This document shows, one piece after another, positions 47,654 to 56,878 of a stretch of DNA of 64,000 nucleotides. A program made the translations under genes and the position numbers. A model generated the notes under the pieces. It was not told the origin of the DNA. It made no database searches and saw only the letters and a program-made list of their open reading frames with translations. Every line of letters starts with the position of its first letter. The stretch's first letter is position 1. The DNA lies in the NCBI GenBank assembly GCA_000146465.1, contig CP001944.1; one strand, 5' to 3'.

Positions 47654-48175
47654 ATGGCCGAAGCTTGTTCCAGAAGAACATTGTACATAAGAAACTTGAA
47701 CAGGCGGCTTCCCATAAGGGAGGTGAAGAGAAGGCTGGGCTTGTTTGTTTCGAGACTTTCCCGGGTGTCAAAGATAAAGATGAGCAACAAGCCTGGGCTC
47801 TTAGGACAGGCATTTGTTCATCTGGATGGAGAAATAACCAATGAGATTCTGGATAGTCTAAATGGAAGATTTTTCCTTGGCGATGTGATTCTGGCATGTC
47901 CTGCGCGTGAGGATATGTGCATTGGGAAGAGGAGAACCATTGTATCCACAAGGTCCTTGCTAGTCACTGGAATTCCCTCCGGCATGACCAGAGAAGAGCT
48001 TGTAGACATCTTCAAAGGCTTTGAAGGCCTAGAAGCCGTGAGACTCATCAAGGTAAAGAGTCTTGCCTTTGTAGACTTCTCCTCTCCTCAAGAAGCATCT
48101 ACTGCTTACTCATACTTTGAGGACGGACAAGTGAAACATATCCTCGGGGACATGAAGATAATGCCATCTGCATGA
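47654..48175 (+). CDS. U1 snRNP A / U2 snRNP B'' family protein (two RRMs)
   Basis: 'TLYIRNLNRRLPIREVKRRL...GQAFVHLDGEITNEILDSLNGRFFLG' aligns with U1A '[20 protein letters not shown]...GQAFVIFKEV...ALRSMQGFPF'. A second RRM sits at the C-terminus. Confidence 0.8.
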   Translation: MAEACSRRTLYIRNLNRRLPIREVKRRLGLFVSRLSRVSKIKMSNKPGLLGQAFVHLDGEITNEILDSLNGRFFLGDVILACPAREDMCIGKRRTIVSTRSLLVTGIPSGMTREELVDIFKGFEGLEAVRLIKVKSLAFVDFSSPQEASTAYSYFEDGQVKHILGDMKIMPSA

Positions 48176-48212
48176 TGGAAAGCCCAAAAGCACATAGAAA
48201 CTTCCATTAAAA

Positions 48213-48686
48213 TTACCGCAGGAATCTACCTTGTCTTCTTCTCTTAACACCATCCCTTTGATGTTTATCTTCAAGATACATCTTGTCTGCTTTGACCCGT
48301 CCTCCAAACACTCCTCTTCCATACTGTCTTCCCTCCACAAACCCATAGTCCTTGTCGATTGTCAATGGGACCTGGTCGATCCGGAACCCGTTTATGTATC
48401 GGACAGCCATATCTGCAGAACAGACCTCATAGAACTCGACAAAGCAGAATCCACAGAATCTAAGTGTGTTTCTATTCAACCCCATTATAACCCTTTTTAC
48501 AGCCCCACACAGCAAAAATAGCTCCCATATTCGTTCCTCCCGTACGTTCGTGGGGACATTGGATACAAAAATAGTAGACGAGTTTTTCTTTGCCTCCAGA
48601 TATTCTTCATCTGTCCCTACAAATGTCTTCTCTCTGTAGAAGTATCCTCCTGGCTCTCCTCCAAAGTACTTTTCCAGAGTCTCCAT
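48213..48686 (-). CDS. CBC2: nuclear cap-binding protein subunit 2 (CBP20/NCBP2)
   Basis: 'TIFVSNVPTNVREERIWELF...CGFCFVEFYEVCSADMAVRYINGFRID...DYGFVEGRQYGRG' is near-identical in pattern to CBP20. The first ATG is used (the track start is TTG). Confidence 0.85.
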   Translation of the reverse strand: METLEKYFGGEPGGYFYREKTFVGTDEEYLEAKKNSSTIFVSNVPTNVREERIWELFLLCGAVKRVIMGLNRNTLRFCGFCFVEFYEVCSADMAVRYINGFRIDQVPLTIDKDYGFVEGRQYGRGVFGGRVKADKMYLEDKHQRDGVKRRRQGRFLR

Positions 48687-48792
48687 GGGCTTCGGAACTT
48701 CCAAGGATTTGTCCTAAAAGAAAGCAAGAAATATCAAGAAATAGGTTTATAATTGTGTAAGCTTAACTTTACAAGGGATTCTGATCCAGAGA

Positions 48793-49479
48793 CTAAAATT
48801 TGGCATGATCTATGAGAAAAAGACTAACGAAGAACATGTAGAACGATCTGCAAAGATGGTCCATGCTCTTGAAGTGGTTGCGGTGTGTCAGAGAAAGCTT
48901 CCTGCTGAGGATCTCAAGAACAAACACACATCCAAGTACAAAGACAATCCCTCCATTCCCTGTGTACAGGAGTAGGAAGAAAACCATAAACTTGGCAAAG
49001 TCCTCTTTGGAAATCCGGATGTCTCCAAAAAGATCTACAATGCTCTTTAGGGTCAATATCTTTTTCCTATCCTTGACAAGATAGACGTTTCCGTTGAACA
49101 CCACAAGGTCTTCCGGATCAACCATCATCTTGGCTCCCGTCTCTTTAACAGACACGGCAACTTTAACAGATATGTCATTGGTTTCCACCTCTTCAAAGAA
49201 GAGCCTTTCGGCATCAGGGCTGTGCATCTTGCCCATCTTCAGAATAGAGACGTCATATACAAGTTGAAGTCTCTCCTTGCCCAGTGTGCGGAGCTGAACT
49301 GCATCGCTCACAATTTTCCCATTGAGAATTATCTTTATTCCATTCTCGATAGACTCTATGCAGTAGCCCTCCATCTGACTTTTCAAGTACTGTTTGACGT
49401 GGAGTATTGTATTATCAGACTCAAACTCCTTTGTGTATGTGTATTCTCCATCTTTCGATCTAAGGGTAACTATGGTCAT
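48793..49479 (-). CDS. ubiquitin-like-domain protein with C-terminal transmembrane segments
   Basis: N-terminal Ubl fold ('MTIVTLRSKDGEYTYTKEFESDNTILHVKQYL...LNGKIVSDAVQLRTLG'). C-terminal hydrophobic helices 'FMVFFLLLYTGNGGIVFVLGCVFVL'. Confidence 0.55.
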   Translation of the reverse strand: MTIVTLRSKDGEYTYTKEFESDNTILHVKQYLKSQMEGYCIESIENGIKIILNGKIVSDAVQLRTLGKERLQLVYDVSILKMGKMHSPDAERLFFEEVETNDISVKVAVSVKETGAKMMVDPEDLVVFNGNVYLVKDRKKILTLKSIVDLFGDIRISKEDFAKFMVFFLLLYTGNGGIVFVLGCVFVLEILSRKLSLTHRNHFKSMDHLCRSFYMFFVSLFLIDHAKF

Positions 49480-49683
49480 TTCCCTCCCTTCTAGCGGGGT
49501 TGTTTATATTTCTTTTGTGATCAATCAGATGGTCTGGGAGAAAAGGGGGAGAGACAATGAATAGGAATGCAGTATCACGAGTTTGGGCTGAGCCATAGGA
49601 AGTAGAGGCAAGGAGATGTAGAATAGCCTGAACTACGGGGAGTTTTGAGGCTCTTGATTTTTGAGAAAAATGGATCCCTACGA

Positions 49684-52600
49684 ATGGGGGTTGACTTGAA
49701 ACGCCTAAGCGAGCTGTTCACGGTGAGATTTGAGAAGGAATACCGGACATATGGGGAATACTTTGGAGATATTATACACCTTTCCAAGGATTCGGGGCTT
49801 GAAGAGATGTTTTGCAAGTATGAGAAGAACATTTTGAATGAGGAAGATATTCTGGGATATATCACAAGCAGTAGTCCCAGTAATCTGAAGCATTTTAGCA
49901 GGATTTATGAATATGAAAAGGGCTTTTGCAAGAGGACGGCGGTGTTGCTGCTGAAGAAGAGATATGAGGAGGAGGAATATGACAAGAACGCAATCTTCCA
50001 ATGCATTAGAAAGCTGTCCCACTACCTTGAGTTTAAGTTTGTGAAAGATATTTGTGACGATGAATGTCTGGCGTTTATTATCGGGGAGTACGCTCGGAAG
50101 CATGAGTTTGACGAGTCATTTCTAGACGAGATTGCAAATTTCTTGCCATCAGTGTTCCTGGGATACACACAGTTGAACGGTCTTTTGCTTGATTCCTTCG
50201 AGAGATCATTTGAGAAAGTAATAAGAAAAAGCTTGGAGATTCTTTGGGTTGTCGATTGTTCGAATAAGAGAGTGGCCCGGGCCATTTCAAGGAGCATGGA
50301 GAAGAAAAGGATCTTTGAATATCTTGCAAGTAACAACTTGGTTGGGGAGGACCGGCTAGGAGAGATGATGAGTGTTGTTGGGAGTGTTAATGCCCAGATG
50401 TTTCTTAGCGATGGGGTTTTTGGGAGGCTTGAAGAGGAGAGAGCAGTGAAGTATCTCGATGGTGTTTCTGTTGAGGATGTTATTGAGATTGGAATACTTG
50501 GATGTGAATGCCGAAGATTGTATAAGATTCTTCCACGGGTATTTGAGAAGAGGAAGGAGAGTTTTATGAAAGATGGAAGGATTGTCAATGTTCTGCTCCT
50601 TATGGTTTACTACAATTCCAAAATAAGATTTGGAGACACACTCGGACTTCTAGGGCCTTCTCTAGAGAGAGAGTTCCTAGAATACAGGGAGAAAGAAATA
50701 CGGAAGATTGTTGTGGATGTTGACAAAGACAGTGGAGAGATAAATGAGAAGGAGGAATGCTCTTCAGATTCTCTGGGATTCTTTTCTGAAGGAAATGAGT
50801 TCCGATTTGTCAGGGAAGGAAAGGCTGGGAAAAGAGATATCTTGGAATACTTGAAGGAAATATGGAAGGAGGAAGGAGACTTTATTAAGAATGTTAGGAG
50901 GAAGCTAGGATTTGGATGTTTTCTTGGCAACCCTTCAAAACCTACCTTTGACCAACTGTTGGAACTTCCAAACTACTACTTTGTGGAATCCCTCAAAAGA
51001 TATAGGAATGAGTTTCTGGACTTGCTATTGGAGTTCCATGAGATAGTGGTTCCAACCAGCCGAAGAAGGAGTTTGATTGGAAAGAAAATTATATCCAGTG
51101 GATACAAGGGGCTCTTTATCAGATATCTCATAAGAAGGAATAAGTACTTTAAGGTTGAGGTTGAGCTTAGCATGTGGTTGAAAGAGATGTCACCCGAGTA
51201 CAAAATCAAGTATTTTTGTGATTATCCGATGGCTCTGATTGGAAGGGAGAGCCAGGTGCTCGAGGGTCTAGGAAGCAACATCTATATGTTATATCCTGTT
51301 GTCTTAGAGTTGGAAAGAAGAAGCGTAGCACAGGAAGTGATTGATCAGATCAAAAAGCACATGATTGGGGCGGGCAGCTTTGGCAAAAAGAAATGCGAAG
51401 AAGCCAGTAGGTTAGAGGAAGTCAAGAAGATAAAGGAAGAAGAGTCTACCAAAGGTAGAGAAAGCAGAAAAGAAAGCGTTCTGGAAAAGAAAGCAAATGA
51501 ATGGGAAGAACAGACAAAGAGAACAAGAATGGAGGGCAAAGAGAAAGAAGAGAACATTTATGACGACAAGTATCCCATTGAGAAGATCGACCATGTTCTT
51601 TTCAAGAAGAGAATAGGATTTATATGCAACGAGATAAACAAGAGGATTTTGAATGGGAACGGGCTTCAGAGAGCAGGAAGGGTTACCTCGATACTGGTTC
51701 GGGACAGAGAAATGCTTGAAAGGATCCAGTCGATCCTGAATGGGGTGAATAGATTTGGAAAGGATCTTACAAACTTTGTAAGGTTCCTTGCATTTTTCCT
51801 CTCTTATTGCAGAATGGAAGTAGATATGTTGGACACAACTCTTAAGACTTTGAAGAGGTACATCTCTGAAGAAGAGGATGATTCTGTTTTGTATTTTGTG
51901 TTTATGAAGATACGATTGGAGCAAGTGGAAAAGTTGGTGGTGGAATTCAAGGAAAACAGCTTTGGAGTTATTCACAAGGCGATGTGCGATCGAATCCAGG
52001 GGGTCAAAGAAGGAGAGGCTAGAAACATGGTGGAAGGCTGTGTGACAGTTAGTACTAATGTTGTTCCTGGAGCAACCAAGAAAAAAAGAGGAGGAGGAAT
52101 AGGGCCCGACACAGTTGAAATCTGGGACTACAAAGGACAGACGGAGAGGATCCAGAAGATTGTTATGGCATTTCTATCTTCGGGAGACGAAAGCATGCAG
52201 TACTTGGGCCTGGAGGGCTTGAAGGCATTGGGACAAAGAGTGGATGTGGAAAAGTTTCTTGATTCGAAAAGCGATCGGGTTGTTGAAACTGCATTGAGTA
52301 TGGCAATAGAAAGAGGAATCACATGCGACGTTAATGAAAAACTTATGAAAATACTCTACAGAAGGGGGAGACTAGACAGTCTTGGGAAGATGTGTCTCAG
52401 AGCTGTGAATATAGACGCCTTGGAGAAAGAGGATGTTGACAGGATCTACGAGATGTTCTTCATCGATCCAAAAAGTTACCTAGAGATCTTGCCAAGAATT
52501 TTAGAGAGAGGCTACGAACTATCCGAAGATATAGCAGTGGAGCTGACAAGGTTATTGGGGAGTAGCCAATGCGATGAAGTTCTTGGGAATTCGATGAAGG

Positions 52601-53034
52601 CCCTGAAGAATGTTGAGTACACAGCAGAGATGGCTTTTGAAGGAATCCTTGCGCTTGAAAATGCCAAGTTTACTCCAAAAATGTTTCTGGTGGAGAAGAT
52701 ATGGAGGTCTCCGTCCAATCTTAGTACACGGGGGTTTCTCAGGCTATGTGTTTGTGTGTGCAATGAGGAAAACTATGCTGTACTAAAAGGACTCCTACAG
52801 ATACTAAAGAAAGGAGGTGTTCATGCAGACATTGTTGAAAAGTGGAAGAAAAACAAGTCGTTAGATAGATTAATGGCGAGAATATATCCTCTATGCTTGA
52901 AAGACAAGATATATTATCGAGATATCCTAGACAGTATGAAGAAAGATGCAGAGGAGTGGAAATTTATCAATGAATTCTATAGAGATGAGCTTGAGGCTGC
53001 AAGGCTTGTGGATAAGCATCTGTCAGAAAGCTAG
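49684..53034 (+). CDS. large (1116 aa) helical-repeat protein with central Lys/Glu-rich segment; function not assigned
   Basis: 3.3-kb ORF. First ATG preceded by 'ggatccctacgaATG' (the track start is TTG). No catalytic motifs. Its stop codon shares a CTAG with the convergent downstream gene. Confidence 0.55.
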   Translation: MGVDLKRLSELFTVRFEKEYRTYGEYFGDIIHLSKDSGLEEMFCKYEKNILNEEDILGYITSSSPSNLKHFSRIYEYEKGFCKRTAVLLLKKRYEEEEYDKNAIFQCIRKLSHYLEFKFVKDICDDECLAFIIGEYARKHEFDESFLDEIANFLPSVFLGYTQLNGLLLDSFERSFEKVIRKSLEILWVVDCSNKRVARAISRSMEKKRIFEYLASNNLVGEDRLGEMMSVVGSVNAQMFLSDGVFGRLEEERAVKYLDGVSVEDVIEIGILGCECRRLYKILPRVFEKRKESFMKDGRIVNVLLLMVYYNSKIRFGDTLGLLGPSLEREFLEYREKEIRKIVVDVDKDSGEINEKEECSSDSLGFFSEGNEFRFVREGKAGKRDILEYLKEIWKEEGDFIKNVRRKLGFGCFLGNPSKPTFDQLLELPNYYFVESLKRYRNEFLDLLLEFHEIVVPTSRRRSLIGKKIISSGYKGLFIRYLIRRNKYFKVEVELSMWLKEMSPEYKIKYFCDYPMALIGRESQVLEGLGSNIYMLYPVVLELERRSVAQEVIDQIKKHMIGAGSFGKKKCEEASRLEEVKKIKEEESTKGRESRKESVLEKKANEWEEQTKRTRMEGKEKEENIYDDKYPIEKIDHVLFKKRIGFICNEINKRILNGNGLQRAGRVTSILVRDREMLERIQSILNGVNRFGKDLTNFVRFLAFFLSYCRMEVDMLDTTLKTLKRYISEEEDDSVLYFVFMKIRLEQVEKLVVEFKENSFGVIHKAMCDRIQGVKEGEARNMVEGCVTVSTNVVPGATKKKRGGGIGPDTVEIWDYKGQTERIQKIVMAFLSSGDESMQYLGLEGLKALGQRVDVEKFLDSKSDRVVETALSMAIERGITCDVNEKLMKILYRRGRLDSLGKMCLRAVNIDALEKEDVDRIYEMFFIDPKSYLEILPRILERGYELSEDIAVELTRLLGSSQCDEVLGNSMKALKNVEYTAEMAFEGILALENAKFTPKMFLVEKIWRSPSNLSTRGFLRLCVCVCNEENYAVLKGLLQILKKGGVHADIVEKWKKNKSLDRLMARIYPLCLKDKIYYRDILDSMKKDAEEWKFINEFYRDELEAARLVDKHLSES

Positions 53035-53546
53035 AAAGTGCATCTTTTTCTGTGCTTGTCTAAGGATGCATTGTAGGCATATTCCTTGCCGCATGAGCAC
53101 TTAAAGGGCTTTATCAAAAGATGGGAAGATCTTATATGGGCTAGAAGGTTCCCCTTCTTACTAAACTCAAACTTACAATATTCACATATATGTTTCTTCC
53201 TCCTACCATTAAACACTTTAACATGATGACTCTCTGTATGGACATCGAACCAAGATTTCTTTTTGTACTCTTTTCCGCAGATGGTGCATCTATACTTCAG
53301 ACATGTCTTCTGGTGCCTCTGCAACCTGTCTTTCGTGTGGCACATGTACCCGCATCTTTCGCATTTGAGCTCTGGAGGGAAGTGCTTTTTCTTGTGCACA
53401 GAGAGGTGGCCGTTCTTCATGTAGGATTTCTCACACATGTCGCATTTGTAGGGTCTGTTCTTTGTGTGTGAGTTGAAGTGGTCGTTGAGCTTGGATTTTC
53501 TTGAAAACGACTTTCCACAGCCTTCAAAACAGCAGTGGAAGATCAT
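53031..53546 (-). CDS. multi-C2H2 zinc-finger protein (about 6 fingers; TFIIIA-like transcription factor candidate)
   Basis: Tandem 'C..C...H...H' units: 'FHCCFEGCGKSFSRKSKLNDHFNSH', 'YKCDMCEKSYMKNGHLSVHKKKH', 'LKCERCGY...RHQKTC', 'YRCTICGKEY...HTESHH', 'HICEYCKFEF...HIRSSH', 'FKCSCGKEY...KHRKRC'. AAATTT plus CCC signals upstream. Confidence 0.75.
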   Translation of the reverse strand: MIFHCCFEGCGKSFSRKSKLNDHFNSHTKNRPYKCDMCEKSYMKNGHLSVHKKKHFPPELKCERCGYMCHTKDRLQRHQKTCLKYRCTICGKEYKKKSWFDVHTESHHVKVFNGRRKKHICEYCKFEFSKKGNLLAHIRSSHLLIKPFKCSCGKEYAYNASLDKHRKRCTF

Positions 53547-53586
53547 GGCTGTCAAGGGTCATACGAACCAAAAAATTTAATGACTA

Positions 53587-53877
53587 CTAGCCTCCGTGGA
53601 TGGTAGAGATAAGAACGATGTGATCTCCATACTTGACCGGGCTTTTCTCTCTTCCTGTTATCTCCCAGTCCATCTTGTTTATGATGCAGATTGTTCCATT
53701 CACAAGCTCTCCACAATTGTCGAAGTAGCTGTCTCTGGTTTCTCCATATCGGCTAAACAAATACTTCAGAGCATCTCCAACTGTCGATATCGATGAATTC
53801 TCTATTTCTTCCTTACTCAGCTCTATCTCCTTGTTGTTCAGTTCTACAACACTTGCCCCATTGAATCCAATTCTCAT
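53587..53877 (-). CDS. URM1: ubiquitin-related modifier URM1
   Basis: 96 aa ending in 'HGG'. 'CIINKMDWEITGREKSPVKYGDHIVLISTIHGG' aligns with URM1 '[32 protein letters not shown]'. Confidence 0.8.
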   Translation of the reverse strand: MRIGFNGASVVELNNKEIELSKEEIENSSISTVGDALKYLFSRYGETRDSYFDNCGELVNGTICIINKMDWEITGREKSPVKYGDHIVLISTIHGG

Positions 53878-53919
53878 TTCTTGGGTCTCAGGGATCGGGT
53901 GTTTTCATTTGGTGAGAGG

Positions 53920-54303
53920 CTAGAAGCAGGCTTTGTGGATCTCATCAAATTTGTCGTCCAGAGATTGGCTTTTGAAGACTCCCTCCTCCAGTGAGGATGA
54001 TATAAGGGCTGCAGCAAACACACAGTGGATTCTTTCCAGAAATGGACGAGGATTTCTTTTGGAATGGATAAACAGTGATTTGTATCCAGAAGGCATCATA
54101 TACACACTTATCCTCAGGTTGCCGTGTCTTTCCAGGCAGTCGAAGTAATTGGAGTTTGTGGATAGTGTTTTCCAGCCCAGTGTGTCTATTGATCCGTAGA
54201 TCAGAATGATGAGTCTGTAGTATTCCTCATTGCTTGTTCTACCATACATTCTTTGGTAAACAATGTCATTCTTCTCTGAGATTATGACCAAAAGCTCTCC
54301 CAT
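53920..54303 (-). CDS. small longin-fold TRAPP-subunit-like protein (sedlin/Trs20 or Bet5 family)
   Basis: Start 'MGELLVIISEKNDIVYQ'. 'NYFDCLERHGNLRISVYMMPSGYKSLFIH' resembles sedlin '...[23 protein letters not shown]'. The upstream part of the track ORF overlaps the tubulin 5' region and is discarded. Confidence 0.45.
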   Translation of the reverse strand: MGELLVIISEKNDIVYQRMYGRTSNEEYYRLIILIYGSIDTLGWKTLSTNSNYFDCLERHGNLRISVYMMPSGYKSLFIHSKRNPRPFLERIHCVFAAALISSSLEEGVFKSQSLDDKFDEIHKACF

Positions 54304-54448
54304 GGGTTTCCAGGTTCTGTTTAGTTTCTCACAGGAGCATCCTTGGTTTGTTGGAAGAAGAAGGTAACAGGAAAAAGAAGCCACAGACATGTGGAAAGCT
54401 AGAAGTATTGCTGTGTGTGGAGAAGACTGGCCAGGTTTTATTTGAAGG

Positions 54449-54465
54449 AAAAATTTGCCCTTCAA
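54449..54465 (+). promoter_or_regulatory. AAATTT plus CCC upstream element of beta-tubulin ('tttgaaggaaaaatttgcccttcaaATG')
   Basis: Matches the RPS14 upstream element at 23 of 25 positions. Confidence 0.55.
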
Positions 54466-55785
54466 ATGAGAGAAATCATACACTTGCAGACAGGACAGTG
54501 TGGAAACCAGGTAGGATGCAAGTTTTGGGAGACAATCAGCGGGGAGCATGGGATTGACCAGAGCGGGAGGTATGTTGGGACATCTGACAACCAGCTTGAG
54601 AGGGTGAATGTCTACTATAATGAGGCATCCTCGAAGAAATACGTTCCACGAGCAGTTCTGATTGATCTTGAACCTGGAACCATGGATGCAGTTAGGCAGG
54701 GGCCATTTGGAGAATTATTCAGGCCAGACAACTTTGTGTTTGGGCAGAGCGGAGCAGGAAACAACTGGGCAAAGGGACACTATACGGAGGGAGCCGAGCT
54801 TATTGATTCTGTGATGGATGTGGTTCGAAAGGAAGCAGAGTCGAGTGACTGCTTGCAGGGGTTCCAAATCACACACTCTCTCGGAGGAGGAACGGGAGCA
54901 GGGATGGGAACTCTCCTTCTGTCGAAGATAAGAGAGGACTTTCCAGACAGGATGATATGTACATTTTCTGTTGTTCCTTCTCCAAAGGTAAGTGACACGG
55001 TTGTAGAGCCGTATAATGCAACACTTTCAATCCATCAGCTGGTTGAAAATGCAGATGAGACCTTTTGCATTGACAACGAGGCACTGTACGACATATGCTT
55101 CCGAACCCTAAAGTTGAACAACCCTGGGTATGGGGATCTGAACCATCTTGTGTCCTTGGTGATGAGCGGAGTGACAACGTGCCTGAGGTTTCCTGGGCAG
55201 TTGAATGCAGATCTTAGGAAGCTTGCAGTCAACATGATTCCATTCCCTCGGCTGCACTTCTTTGTTGTTGGATTTGCTCCTCTGACTGCTGTAGGCACAC
55301 AGAAATTCAAGACCTACTCTGTCTCCGAACTCACACAACAGATGTTTGACTCGAAGAATATGATGACGGCATGCGACCCAAAGAAGGGAAGATATCTCAC
55401 TGTTGCAGCAATGTTCCGAGGAAAGATCTCGATGAAGGATGTGGATGAGCAGATGTCGATGGTACAGTCAAAGAACAGTTCTCTATTTGTGGAATGGATT
55501 CCAAGTAATGTGAAGACGGCAGTCTGTGACATTGCACCGACAGGCCTCGAAATGTCTGCAACATTTGTTGGGAACACAACATCCATCCAGGAACTCTTCA
55601 AGAGGATTTCGGATCAGTTTACAGTGATGTTCCGAAGAAAGGCCTTCCTGCATTGGTACACAGGAGAAGGAATGGATGAGATGGAGTTCTCGGAGGCCGA
55701 GTCGAACATGAACGACTTGCTTTCTGAATATCAACAATACCAGGATGCAACAGTCGAGGATGCCGAGGAGTTTCTAGTTAATTAA
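54466..55785 (+). CDS. TUB2: beta-tubulin
   Basis: '[17 protein letters not shown]', '[12 protein letters not shown]' and full-length colinearity with beta-tubulins. 440 aa. Confidence 0.95.
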   Translation: MREIIHLQTGQCGNQVGCKFWETISGEHGIDQSGRYVGTSDNQLERVNVYYNEASSKKYVPRAVLIDLEPGTMDAVRQGPFGELFRPDNFVFGQSGAGNNWAKGHYTEGAELIDSVMDVVRKEAESSDCLQGFQITHSLGGGTGAGMGTLLLSKIREDFPDRMICTFSVVPSPKVSDTVVEPYNATLSIHQLVENADETFCIDNEALYDICFRTLKLNNPGYGDLNHLVSLVMSGVTTCLRFPGQLNADLRKLAVNMIPFPRLHFFVVGFAPLTAVGTQKFKTYSVSELTQQMFDSKNMMTACDPKKGRYLTVAAMFRGKISMKDVDEQMSMVQSKNSSLFVEWIPSNVKTAVCDIAPTGLEMSATFVGNTTSIQELFKRISDQFTVMFRRKAFLHWYTGEGMDEMEFSEAESNMNDLLSEYQQYQDATVEDAEEFLVN

Positions 55786-55931
55786 AAGGTTAGTCGTATG
55801 TCTCTCTAGTTACAGATGTGTGGGAGTTCTTGATTTTTTGTCTTATTATCGGTATCATGACTGATAGGTGTGGCAAATGAAACAAGTTTTGGACTGTTGG
55901 ATTTATTGTCCAGGCCAGACGAAACACAGTG

Positions 55932-56558
55932 ATGGCATATCTGCTGGAGAAGGCAAATGGATCTCGCTGTGTGCTCGAAGCCATCAAGGTCGAGCCATTT
56001 ACGCAGAAGCAGTTTGCAGACATGATAAAAGAAGCTCATGTAAGATCTCAGGACTATTACCTTGCAAGAGTGCAGTGTAAGAACATCTCCGAGGACGGGA
56101 AGAATGTATACTATTGCTACGATGCCAAACAACTCTGTAAATACATATTCGAAATGGTAATTTCCACAGAAGGAAGAAAGATAAGGATAAAGAACTTCAA
56201 GGATCCGATAAATCAAGAGCAGATCCATGAGATCAGCTTCTTCAAGCTGAGATACGACTCAGACACTCCTCTGAAGGCAGAATATGTTGGAAACCAAGCG
56301 AACTTTCTTGAAAACAACTGCTTCCGCAGCAAGATATTTTACCAGGAAAATGCTCTGGATGCCCTGTCTGTGAACTTCCAGTTTGGCCCACAGAAGAAGA
56401 AAATACCAATCATCAACAAGAAAAAGATATTTACAGTGCTCATGATGGTTGTCGTGATCCTGGCAATAGGAACGTTGGTTTCCATGGTGGCAGAGAAGGG
56501 GTCTCAAAAGGCCTCCCGCCCTCTCAAGCTCTCGATAAACAAAGGAAAAAGTATTTAA
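55932..56558 (+). CDS. tail-anchored membrane protein of unknown function
   Basis: Single C-terminal TM 'IFTVLMMVVVILAIGTLVSMV' followed by a short basic tail. The first ATG is used (the track start is GTG). No clear SNARE heptads. Confidence 0.45.
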   Translation: MAYLLEKANGSRCVLEAIKVEPFTQKQFADMIKEAHVRSQDYYLARVQCKNISEDGKNVYYCYDAKQLCKYIFEMVISTEGRKIRIKNFKDPINQEQIHEISFFKLRYDSDTPLKAEYVGNQANFLENNCFRSKIFYQENALDALSVNFQFGPQKKKIPIINKKKIFTVLMMVVVILAIGTLVSMVAEKGSQKASRPLKLSINKGKSI

Positions 56559-56576
56559 TAAACGCCTCTTCCACAC

Positions 56577-56837
56577 TTAAGTCTTTCTTCCAAAGAACGG
56601 AGCAAACTTCAGTGCAGGCGGCAAGACAAAGAATCGAATGCTTGATCCACGAATCACAACCTCTTTCCTCGGTATGCAAGAGCTGTTGGAAGTGACAACA
56701 GCATCAGTCAGGATAATGTTCATATAGTCGTCGACTTCTTTCATCTGTCCCCTATACATATCTCCGCTGTTGGTTTCTACAGTAACAACAAATCCCTGTG
56801 CCTCATGAAGTAGCTTCAAAGGAATCGTTACCCCCAT
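56577..56837 (-). CDS. SMD3: small nuclear ribonucleoprotein SmD3
   Basis: 'GVTIPLKLLHEAQGFVVTVETNSGDMYRGQMKEVDDYMNIIL...IRGSSIRFFVLPPALKFAP' aligns with SmD3 '[38 protein letters not shown]...IRGSKIRFLILPDMLKNAP'. Start at the ATG after 'tttgccccagtctATG'. Confidence 0.8.
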   Translation of the reverse strand: MGVTIPLKLLHEAQGFVVTVETNSGDMYRGQMKEVDDYMNIILTDAVVTSNSSCIPRKEVVIRGSSIRFFVLPPALKFAPFFGRKT

Positions 56838-56878
56838 AGACTGGGGCAAACAATTCATTGGAGGATGATCCTAGACTT

